Below the pieces are notes generated by a model. It did no database searches and was not told the DNA's origin. It was given only the letters and a program-made list of their open reading frames with translations. From Polyangiaceae bacterium (GTDB taxonomy: Bacteria; Myxococcota_A; Polyangia; Polyangiales; Polyangiaceae), in assembly GCA_044222475.1 (NCBI GenBank), contig JBGANF010000150.1, forward strand, positions 1-18,301: a stretch of DNA of 18,301 nt, written 5' to 3'. Every line of letters begins with the position of its first letter. Positions within the stretch are counted from its first letter, which is position 1. The translations under genes and the position numbers were made by a program. Of this stretch, positions 8,201-14,526 are shown piece after piece.

Positions 8201-9973
8201 GCGTTTCGCCCGGGCTGGGCGCAGACCGGAGTCGACGCGGCGACGGTGAAGGCGACCCTGCGCAAGGACGGCAAAGACACCGCGGTGACGCCCAAGGTCG
8301 ACGCGACGAAGAACGAGATCGCGGTCGACGCGTCGAGCCTCGCCGATGGGAAGTACACGCTCCTCGTGGAAGCGAAGGATCGCGTCGGTCGCGCCGCCGC
8401 TCCGCTGCGCCTCGTCTTCTGGGTCGAGGCTCAGGCCTACGATTGGCGCGACGCCGTCATCTACATGGCCGTCACCGATCGGTTCAAGAACGGCGACCCG
8501 ACGAACGACGTCGCTCCCGCGCCCAACGTCGACGCGCGGGCGAACTTCAAGAACGGCGACCTCGAAGGCGTGCGGCAGGTCATCGCGTCGGGCGCGCTCG
8601 ACGAGCTCGGCGTCCGCGCGCTGTGGCTCACGCCGTTCCAGACGAACCCGACCGGCGCGTACCCGTCGGATGACGGCGTCCACTCCGTCACCGGGTACCA
8701 CGGCTACTGGCCGATCAAGGCGCGCGAGGTCGACCCGCGCCTCGGCGGCGAAGCCGCGCTGAAGAAGCTCGTCGCCGAAGCGCACGCGCACGGCATCCGC
8801 GTGCTCATGGACTTCGTCGTGAACCACGTGCACGACCAGCACGAGTACTTCAAGGCTCACCCCGAGTGGTTCCGCACCGGTTGCGTGTGCGGGACGAACA
8901 ACTGCGACTGGACGGGGCACCGCCTCGACTGTCTCTTCGCGCCGTACCTGCCGGACGTGAACTGGAGCGTCCCCGAGGCGAGCGCGCAGTTCGCGTCCGA
9001 CGCGGTCTATTGGGTCGACACGTTCGATCTCGACGGGCTCCGCATCGACGCGGTGAAGCACGTCGAGGACGCCGCGGTGGTCAACCTGTCGTCCCGACTG
9101 CGCGACGCGTTCGAGGCGAGCGGGACGAAGCTCTTCCTCACCGGCGAGACGGCGATGGGCTGGAACGACTGCGGCCTCCAGTGCAACCAGGTCGAGTACG
9201 ACACGATCTCGCGCTACATCGGTCCGCACGGTCTCGACGGTCAGTTCGACTTCGTCCTCTACCACGCGGTGCCGTACCGAGTGTTCACCGGCGACGGCAA
9301 GGGGCTCATCCACGCGGACTATTGGACGCAGGCGAGCGGCTGGATGTACCCGCAAGGCTCGATCATGACGCCCTACATCGGCAGCCACGACACGCCGCGC
9401 TCGGTCACGATCGCGTCGTACCGAGGGCAAGACGGCGGACATCCGACGTACGTACCCGGCAACAAGTGGGACAACGTCGCGACCGCTCCGCCCGACGCCG
9501 AGTCCTACGCGCGGCATCGGCTCGCGCTCGCGTGGCTGCTCGGTCAGCCCGGCGCTCCGCTGCTCTACTACGGCGACGAGTATGCCGAGTGGGGCGGCGC
9601 CGACCCGAACAACCGCGCGCAGTACCGAACGGGTAACGCTCTCGGCGCCGAGGAGCTCGCGACCCTGGCGTTCACGAAGCAGCTCGGCAAGGCGCGCCAG
9701 GCGAGCAGCGCCCTGCGTCGCGGCGCCTACAAGCACGTGTACGCGACCGACGAGGTCATGGTGTTTGCCCGCCAAGACGGGGCCAACGTCGCGCTCGTGG
9801 CGCTGAACCGCATGGGCACTCCGCGCACGTTCACTGCGCCGCTCCCGCTCACCCTCGGCCTCGCCGACGGAAAGAAGCTCATGGATTCGCTCGGCGGACC
9901 CGATGTCGTGGTATCCAGCGGCGCAGTCACGGTCTCCCTCGGTGCGCGGTCCGCCGCGGTCTACCTCCCTTGA
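5288..9973 (+). CDS. Secreted GH15-like (glucoamylase/glucodextranase-type) hydrolase with internal MYXO-CTERM, fused in frame to a lipoprotein-type CBM48-like + GH13 alpha-amylase family protein, 1561 aa
   Basis: GGAGG at 5279-5283 precedes the GTG at 5288; signal peptide MRPSIIALTCVLTGLVSAGEASA. GH15 motifs: SWVRD, DSSIWE, GILSE. MYXO-CTERM: GGCNC...WLVAILVAVGAVVRRWR. Lipobox: LLALLAVLALTAC. CBM48/E-set-like domain: VGLAGEWNSF...YKVLVDG. GH13 regions: DFVVNH, DGLRIDAVKH, GETAMG, GSHDTPR, PGAPLLYYGDE. Confidence 0.9.
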   Translation: MRPSIIALTCVLTGLVSAGEASAAEPHRSTHFLPSANGRASIAFDVSQNRLTQFLEHPYRFPKAGVESRDLMFDAYPGVRVGSVPTWLTDAPITKAEYVEGTGIIHVVRLVSGLRVEEFDFAPIGLAESAVFHVVQITRLSGSGAVDAYHLMNYKLGAGSPNPSSNGEGLAYNAPRDAFYEWGPGGLAMGHGSMVASSHHGTAPYGTLLGGGNLLDDNGVAVKDDQVPGFQQSFGDIAVNATVWAGWYSVLALDADAQPAVDRVRTFLASRTPKQIVDDEVAAWASWRTAAPSGLSATEASLFAQSQAFLRMGQVTEPGKSDGQILASIAPGKWNISWVRDMAYATVGLVRTGHYAEAKKALQFQLGATVGGYQSYVGSPYQISVVRYYGDGTEESDSNADGPNVEFDGFGLFLWALDEYVAASKDTAFATSVLPVVKSKIADVLVKLQEPSGLIAADSSIWEVHWNGKQQHFAYTSLTAARGLCGVTNLGGEASYLTAAQKIGAGILANLRAPNGAISQSTEALKDGKGFLDAAAIEAVSLGLADPNKRTARATVNTIATGLVPPSGRGFFRNDDGDWYDSQEWIFVDLRMGRALDLVGNATLAKSTRDWNVAQATENYGILSELHDRVTADYAGEAPMVGFGAGGYILMTKPDSATKPCLVITEPDEPVDGGVDGSANNDGGTDGGSDGGTVTPPGNDGGCNCDATGAGGANGAGWLVAILVAVGAVVRRWRSGSKSDGRPGLKFAAADGRPGLKSGAATDPMRSPSKARPGGRALTAGIPIESPRSARALVEYGIGNVAAPDFSPGCSLLALLAVLALTACSDSTDPSNPDGSTPDGGSLDAVADVPLVNVDAGACATTFRFVPPNGTAPKTVGLAGEWNSFANPGTPMTGPDKDGAFTASVPLAPGLVAYKVLVDGNYQLDEGARFRKYVNGIENSAIDVTDCYLPTLALVKQSLTRQTTGTYAVTVAFRPGWAQTGVDAATVKATLRKDGKDTAVTPKVDATKNEIAVDASSLADGKYTLLVEAKDRVGRAAAPLRLVFWVEAQAYDWRDAVIYMAVTDRFKNGDPTNDVAPAPNVDARANFKNGDLEGVRQVIASGALDELGVRALWLTPFQTNPTGAYPSDDGVHSVTGYHGYWPIKAREVDPRLGGEAALKKLVAEAHAHGIRVLMDFVVNHVHDQHEYFKAHPEWFRTGCVCGTNNCDWTGHRLDCLFAPYLPDVNWSVPEASAQFASDAVYWVDTFDLDGLRIDAVKHVEDAAVVNLSSRLRDAFEASGTKLFLTGETAMGWNDCGLQCNQVEYDTISRYIGPHGLDGQFDFVLYHAVPYRVFTGDGKGLIHADYWTQASGWMYPQGSIMTPYIGSHDTPRSVTIASYRGQDGGHPTYVPGNKWDNVATAPPDAESYARHRLALAWLLGQPGAPLLYYGDEYAEWGGADPNNRAQYRTGNALGAEELATLAFTKQLGKARQASSALRRGAYKHVYATDEVMVFARQDGANVALVALNRMGTPRTFTAPLPLTLGLADGKKLMDSLGGPDVVVSSGAVTVSLGARSAAVYLP
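7388..7489 (+). other. Internal MYXO-CTERM sorting signal
   Basis: A D/G/T-rich linker is followed by GGCNC (7388-7402), a Gly/Ala spacer, the hydrophobic helix WLVAILVAVGAVV and the basic cluster RRWR (7478-7489). No stop codon follows. Confidence 0.8.
7505..7717. repeat. REP/REPIN-like palindromic element inserted in frame in the glycosidase ORF
   Basis: 31-bp inverted arms: GCGCCCCGGACTGAAGTCCGGGGCAGCAACG (7543-7573) and CGTTGCTGCCCCGGACTTCAGTCCGGGGTGC (7687-7717), one mismatch, each arm itself palindromic. Inner inverted pair: AAAGCCCGCCCAGGAGGGCGGGCTCT (7595-7620) and AGAGCCCGCGCTCTGCGCGGGCTTT (7641-7665). A degenerate 33-bp tandem copy of 7538-7570 lies at 7505-7537. Confidence 0.85.
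7721..7759 (+). other. Internal lipoprotein-type signal (hydrophobic core + lipobox LTAC)
   Basis: LLALLAVLALTA|C, with the Cys codon at 7757-7759, followed by an S/D/P/G-rich linker (SDSTDPSNPDGSTPDGGSLDA) typical of myxobacterial lipoprotein N-termini. Confidence 0.7.
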
Positions 9974-11427
9974 TGAGCCTTCGCGTCCACGCCCTCGTCG
10001 TCCTCGCCGTCCTCGCGACGGCCGCCTCCGCGCGCGCGGACGAGCCGGCGAAGCCGGTCGACGCGAAGCCGGTCGATCCGAAGCCGTCGGACACGAAGCC
10101 CTCGTCAGGGTTCTCGCCCAGCGGCCGCTTCGAGTTCGGCAGCTACGGCCGCGTCCGCCTCGCGAGCGATCTCCGCGGGAGCCTCGCGCAGCCGCTGAAC
10201 ATCGTGTCGCACGGGACGCGCCTCGACGAGGACAGCTACGCCGAGCTCGAGCTCCGCCGCGAAGACGACTTCACGTCGAAGATCCACACGCGGGTCGTCG
10301 GCACCCTCGCGTTTGCCGCGCCGTTCTTCCACTTCAGCGGCAAACCCGAGCAGATGTTCTACATCCGAAACCTCTACGCCCAGTCGACCTACGGCGACGC
10401 GGTGTTCTGGGCCGGCTCGCGAATGTACCGCGGGGACGACGCGTACCTCCTGAACTGGTGGCCGCTCGACAACCAGAACACGATCGGCGGCGGCGCCGGG
10501 TACTACTTCCCGAAGAGCGACACGCGGCTCGCCGTCCACGTGGGAGCGCAGCGGCTCGAGGATCCGTTCCAGTACCAGGTGACCCAAGCGTCGTCCCCTT
10601 TTGGGATTGGTGCGGTCGGGGTCGTGTCGCTGAGTCGCCCGCGGTGGGTCCAGTCGTTCAAGCTGACCCAGATGTTCCGCGACGGTCGGGTCTTCTCGAA
10701 CCCGAAGGCGGGCATGAAGGCGATCCTCTATGGCGAGGTCCACGAGATCGGCGCCGGCGTCTACGAGGACCCTGCGTCGCTGCAGCAGATCGGGTTGCCG
10801 TCGGACTGGGGCTTCCTCGCGGGCGCGCAGGTGGGCCTGTGGACCGGCGAGAACGACGAGCACCTCAACGTCTGGGCGCGTTACGCGCACGGGCTCGCGG
10901 CGTACGACATCCTCGCGGTCCCGACGACGTTCGCGAACGACCGCACGACGCGCGGCGCGAACGAGTTCCTCCTCGCGGCGAGCGGCAACGTGCAGCGGGG
11001 ACCGTTCTCGGTGATGGCGGCGGGGTACTTCCGGTACTTCACCGATGCGTCGGAGGCGGCGACGAGCCGCGAGCGGTACCAAGAAGGTACGGCGGTCGTG
11101 CGGCCGCACGTGTTCCTGGGCGAGTACTTCGGCGTCGCGGCCGAGGCGAGCTATCAGGCGCGCATGTACGCGTACGAAGATCCGACGAAGCGCGACGGGA
11201 GCCAGCTGTTCGCCGGCATCTGGCGGTTCGGGGTGATGCCGTACTTCTCGCCGGCGGGGCGGGGGTCGTTCAAGAGGCCGCAGTTCCGGATCGTGTACGC
11301 GATGTCGCTACCCAACGCGGGGGCGAGGGCGCATTACCCGGTGGAGGACACCAGGTCGCAGTATGCGGTGCAGCATTACCTGGGGCTCAGTGTCGAGTGG
11401 TGGTTCAACTCGTCGAGCTACCCCTGA
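9973..11427 (+). CDS. LamB/maltoporin-like carbohydrate porin, 484 aa
   Basis: The ATG at 9973 overlaps the upstream stop (TGATG). Signal peptide ends ASARA. LamB-like motifs: FEFGSYGR, EDSYAELEL, FWAGSRMYRGDD, RPQFRIVYA and C-terminal GLSVEWWF. It lies directly downstream of the amylolytic ORF. Confidence 0.8.
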   Translation: MSLRVHALVVLAVLATAASARADEPAKPVDAKPVDPKPSDTKPSSGFSPSGRFEFGSYGRVRLASDLRGSLAQPLNIVSHGTRLDEDSYAELELRREDDFTSKIHTRVVGTLAFAAPFFHFSGKPEQMFYIRNLYAQSTYGDAVFWAGSRMYRGDDAYLLNWWPLDNQNTIGGGAGYYFPKSDTRLAVHVGAQRLEDPFQYQVTQASSPFGIGAVGVVSLSRPRWVQSFKLTQMFRDGRVFSNPKAGMKAILYGEVHEIGAGVYEDPASLQQIGLPSDWGFLAGAQVGLWTGENDEHLNVWARYAHGLAAYDILAVPTTFANDRTTRGANEFLLAASGNVQRGPFSVMAAGYFRYFTDASEAATSRERYQEGTAVVRPHVFLGEYFGVAAEASYQARMYAYEDPTKRDGSQLFAGIWRFGVMPYFSPAGRGSFKRPQFRIVYAMSLPNAGARAHYPVEDTRSQYAVQHYLGLSVEWWFNSSSYP

Positions 11428-11440
11428 GGGGGGGAGCACC

Positions 11441-11472
11441 CGTGAACGTGCCCGTGCCCGTGGCCGTGCCCG
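11441..11472. repeat. CGTGNN hexamer tandem repeat (5 units)
   Basis: CGTGAA CGTGCC CGTGCC CGTGGC CGTGCC CG, starting 14 bp after the porin stop. Confidence 0.8.
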
Positions 11473-11517
11473 ATCGACGCCGCTGACAGACCGCGTCCGG
11501 GAGAAGAAGAGGAGAGG

Positions 11518-11716
11518 GGAGGAGAATGTAGTGCCCCCCACCATTTCTTCCGCGAAGCTCTCACGCCGTGCTCGCCGACGTGCTCGGATTTCGCCGCGCA
11601 CCCGAGACACTCCATCCCAACCCGGGATGATCTCTGCGCGGCGAAATCCTGCGCGCGACGGCTGCGCGCGGCGTGAGTCCCCCCAAACGTGGCGCTGCGC
11701 GCCACGTGGGGGGACT
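11518..11716. repeat. Three consecutive stem-loops (candidate structured RNA or REP-like element)
   Basis: SL1 at 11518-11551 has a C-rich loop (TAGTGCCCCCCAC). SL2 at 11560-11677 has a perfect 15-bp stem GGATTTCGCCGCGCA/TGCGCGGCGAAATCC plus outer and inner stems. SL3 at 11676-11716 is AGTCCCCCC-aa-ACGTGGCGC-tgc-GCGCCACGT-GGGGGGACT. Confidence 0.7.
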
Positions 11717-11826
11717 GATACGTCCTTCACTCATTGCGATCGAGGACCGGAGCGCACAAAGGACGATGTCGATCGACCGCACGGCTCTGGGTGGACCGAT
11801 GCAGCGCGATTGGGCATCCTTGAGCA

Positions 11827-12639
11827 ATGCTCGTCTTCATCTCGTGGTCCGGGCCGCGTTCGATGGCCGTGGCGGCAGCTCTTCACGAATGGCTCCCACA
11901 CGTTCTCCAGCACCTCGACCCGTGGATGTCGTCGAACGATATCGACGCTGGCGGCCGATGGGGGAAGGAGATCGCTGAGAAACTCGAAGCTGCGCACTTC
12001 GGCATCTGCGTCGTAACGCCGGAGAATCTCGAAAAGCCGTGGTTGAATTTCGAGGCAGGAGCGCTTGCGAAGAGATTCACTGACGCCCAGGGGCAGGCGG
12101 GAAAAGTCGTGCCGTACATGTTCGGCTACGAGAAACCCGAACCGCCGCCCAGCTCACCGCTCGCTGGGTTTCAGGCGAAGCTTGCCAACCAGGAGGGAAC
12201 GAAGGACGTCGTTAGGGCGCTGAACGCGTCATCATCGACCAAGCTTTCACGAGACCGACTCGAGCACGCATTCACCAAGGAGTGGCCCGACCTTGAGGCT
12301 GCTCTGGCTCGTGTGCCCGCGGTCGCCCCGACGACCGCATTCGCCCCACGGGCGGACCAGCTCTCGGAGGTCCACGCATGGGTCCAGCGCATCGCGAAGG
12401 ACGTCCAAGCGATTCGCGATCGGCCGGTGCCCATGCTCGCCTCGTCGGTCTTCTACGACTCAGGGCCTACGGGTATGCTCGGTGAGTCCGTGCAACGGCG
12501 TGTCCCTGGTCCGACCGTCGAGAGCATTGTCATCCCGACTGGGCTCCCAGGGCCGGCGGCGGAGGGCCGGCGGCGGTCATTCTTCGAGGACGCTGATGAC
12601 GAGAAAGAGGACGGTGATGGGAATCGCGGACCGCGATGA
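11827..12639 (+). CDS. TIR domain-containing protein (TIR_2-like), 270 aa
   Basis: N-terminal VFISWSG...W...SSNDIDAGGRWGKEIAEKLEAAHFGICVVTPENLEKPWLNFEAGALAK keeps the catalytic-position Glu (E76). A helical segment and a low-complexity tail follow. There is no SD; CATCCT sits 6 nt before the ATG, which may mean a leaderless transcript. Confidence 0.9.
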   Translation: MLVFISWSGPRSMAVAAALHEWLPHVLQHLDPWMSSNDIDAGGRWGKEIAEKLEAAHFGICVVTPENLEKPWLNFEAGALAKRFTDAQGQAGKVVPYMFGYEKPEPPPSSPLAGFQAKLANQEGTKDVVRALNASSSTKLSRDRLEHAFTKEWPDLEAALARVPAVAPTTAFAPRADQLSEVHAWVQRIAKDVQAIRDRPVPMLASSVFYDSGPTGMLGESVQRRVPGPTVESIVIPTGLPGPAAEGRRRSFFEDADDEKEDGDGNRGPR

Positions 12640-12709
12640 ACTGATTCCTCGTTCGAAAAGCTGCACGTTGGATGGCACGAGCTGAGCACTCGCGCTTTCC
12701 ACCGATCCT

Positions 12710-12812
12710 CGAGGTCGTCGCGACATACTCGTTTCATCGCTCGCGGCAGATCCGCCCAGCCCGGTGTGCTCTTCGGCAATTGAGACGGACCGCGCGGACG
12801 GCTCGCCGCGGT
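12710..12812. repeat. Diverged copy of the SL2 hairpin element at 11572-11675
   Basis: Colinear blocks shared with SL2: TCG(C)CGAC..CTCG..TTTC..CGC, CCCARCCCGG..TG.TCT and CGCGCG(G)ACGGCT..CGCGG. It can fold into an imperfect hairpin (CGAGGTCGTC...GACGGCTCG; GTTTCA...TGAGAC). Confidence 0.5.
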
Positions 12813-12821
12813 CGATGCAGC

Positions 12822-12980
12822 GGCTCCCTTTCGCTGCGCCAACGCGGCACGTCTTCGCAAAGCGAAAAAGTCGTGCCGCGGGTCCGCGACGATCGGGATC
12901 GGTTCGCGGCCGTCGGGGCCGCGTCACGCCTTTTTCGCGGGGAGCTTCGCCGCGCCGCGGTGGCGCAGCGAAAGGAAGCC
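12822..12980. repeat. Long imperfect hairpin immediately upstream of the DUF559 gene, covering its RBS
   Basis: 30-bp arms at 12822-12851 and 12951-12980 with 3 differences. Inner arms GCGAAAAAG-t-CGTG-c-CGCGG (from 12862) and CCGCG-t-CACG-c-CTTTTTCGC (to 12938). The 3' arm contains AAAGGAAG (12971-12978). Confidence 0.85.
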
Positions 12981-12985
12981 TCGCC

Positions 12986-13372
12986 ATGCATCGTTCTCGT
13001 CTCTCCATCCCACTCACCCACTACCGTCGCAATCACCAGCTCGAGTACGCCCGCGAGATGCGCCGCGTCGGCACTCCGTCGGAGCGCGCGCTGTGGGAGC
13101 AGCTGCGCCATCGGGACGCCATCGGCTTCCGCACCAAACGCCAGGTCGTCGTTGGCCCGTACATCGCGGATTTCGTCGTCCCTTCGGTACGGCTCGTCAT
13201 CGAAATCGACGGCGGCGCGCACTACGGTCGGGAACTCGCAGATGAGCGGCGGGACGCTGACTTGCAGCTCCTCAGCTACTCGGTCCTCCGCCTTTCGGCG
13301 GACGAGGTCATGCGCAGCCCAGTCGCCGCTGCGCGGCGCGTTGCCGCTGAGGTATCCCGGTTGCACCCGTAG
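12986..13372 (+). CDS. DUF559 (Vsr-like) endonuclease domain protein, 128 aa
   Basis: ATG at 12986 with AAAGGAAG upstream. Family pattern AREMRRVGTPSERALWEQLR...RQVVVGPYIADFVVPSVRLVIEIDGGAH...DERRDADL...YSVLRL. Confidence 0.9.
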   Translation: MHRSRLSIPLTHYRRNHQLEYAREMRRVGTPSERALWEQLRHRDAIGFRTKRQVVVGPYIADFVVPSVRLVIEIDGGAHYGRELADERRDADLQLLSYSVLRLSADEVMRSPVAAARRVAAEVSRLHP

Positions 13373-13380
13373 CCTTTGGA

Positions 13381-13401
13381 GCGGGGCGCTCCGCGCCCCG
13401 C
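13381..13401. repeat. Perfect GC hairpin after the DUF559 stop (REP-like or terminator without U-tract)
   Basis: GCGGGGCGC-TCC-GCGCCCCGC. It has the same GGCGCTSCGCGCC core as SL3 (11691-11703). Confidence 0.6.
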
Positions 13402-13700
13402 ACCGTCGAGCAGCTCGTCAACCACGAGTCTTTTGACGCCGGGCCGCCGTGTCTCGACTCGTCCTTGCTGCGCGGCGGCCTCAAATGCCCGTCGCTGCCG
13501 ACCCACATCCGTAAATCCGACTATGAGGGGAGATCGCTGCCGTCAGCCGATATCGTCCACACAAAGGCAATGGCCACTCACCGCCCGCCTGTCACGGTTG
13601 ATGCCTCGTATTCCGAGGTCTTTCCAAAAAAAACGTTCATCGCCTCATTTTTCGCGATTGGCGGGAGACCTCAACCGTAAAGAAACTCTGAGGTGCTCAA

Positions 13701-14033
13701 GTGATCCAGGCAACAGGAACAGAATTCGCGAAGTGGTGGGACTCGGTGTTGGCGGAGGACGCAAGGGAAGGTGGCGCCGCGCTATTGTCCTGCGTCGTGT
13801 GTCGAAAGCGGCTGCCGCAGGTGTGGACGTATGAGGCTGGACCGATGCTGGTGGCTCGCTGGGTTCCGTCCGACCGCGACGAAGTCGTTGCTGCAGGTCT
13901 CGTATGTCGTGGCGCGCGGACGCTCGCGAATCTGCCAGGCGAGAATGCGTGCCAGGATAAGGCTGTGGGTAGGCATCCTGTCCACGGTGGCACTGCTCTG
14001 CGCTGCACCCTTGGTTGGGCTCGGCGTTTTTGA
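13701..14033 (+). CDS. Hypothetical Cys-rich protein (possible Zn-binding), 110 aa
   Basis: GAGGTG (13690-13695) lies 5 nt before a GTG. The protein has CVVC plus further Cys/His residues. Codon usage is atypical for the window and no family was recognised. Confidence 0.35.
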   Translation: MIQATGTEFAKWWDSVLAEDAREGGAALLSCVVCRKRLPQVWTYEAGPMLVARWVPSDRDEVVAAGLVCRGARTLANLPGENACQDKAVGRHPVHGGTALRCTLGWARRF

Positions 14034-14458
14034 CGCCCATATGCACCTGCATCATGGTCGATTCCGGCCACCGCAGTGCTCCTCTTGTCCATGACGGTCG
14101 TGTGGGGACCGCTCTCGGCCGCCGATCGGGCCAAATGTTGGACGCCTCGGACGCGAAAGCCGAGCGAGTGGAGCAGCAAGCACGTGTGACGAACATTCTC
14201 CTCGTACTCGCCTGGCAGACGATGGCCCTACAGAACATCGCCAAGTTGAAGCTCAGGCGCGGGCCACGCGGAGAATGGCGGACAGCTCTGAGTGCCCTTC
14301 AGAGGTTTGATACAGAGCCTGGCCGTGGCGGGCGGCAGGTCTCTTCTCTCACAGCTTGACCCGATCTCGCTGAAGGCAGTCCGAGCGCCCTGGCGGAAGC
14401 GCAGAATCAGGAAGCGCGGCGCTCGTTCTCGTCGTGAAAATCGAGACCATGACCCGAG

Positions 14459-14520
14459 CGCCGCCAACGTTGGCCGCGGTCGCCGCCAACGTTGGCGAGC
14501 ACCTGCAACCCCGATACCCT
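14459..14520 (+). promoter_or_regulatory. Putative hsdR promoter with two tandem palindromic operators
   Basis: CGCCGCCAACGTTGGC occurs at 14459-14474 and 14481-14496, each containing the perfect palindrome GCCAACGTTGGC. TTGGCG (14492-14497) - 17 nt - TACCCT (14515-14520) - 6 nt - ATG (14527). Confidence 0.55.
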
Positions 14521-14526
14521 CGGAGA

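Noticed and set aside
5234..9775. Long antisense ORFs (644 aa, 680 aa; likewise 14929-16647, 16710-17984 and 2651-4192)
   Set aside because: They are mirror frames of high-GC3 genes with no recognisable motifs.
12690..12775. Minus-strand PGWADL peptide resembling a GIY-YIG nuclease C-terminus
   Set aside because: Too short, no GIY/YIG motifs upstream, and better explained by the hairpin repeat.
12764..12985. 74-aa N-terminal extension of the DUF559 ORF
   Set aside because: It is the translated hairpin; the SD and ATG at 12986 match the family length.
11560..13480. Integron attC array
   Set aside because: No RYYYAAC/GTTRRRY boxes were seen at the hairpin ends and there is no integrase in the window.
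13465..13680. 71-aa ORF
   Set aside because: No SD, weak TTG start inside a hairpin and no recognisable motif.
14434..14526. Upstream GTG start for hsdR
   Set aside because: The family N-terminus begins at MDKKALSERD (14527); the extension covers the palindromic promoter region.
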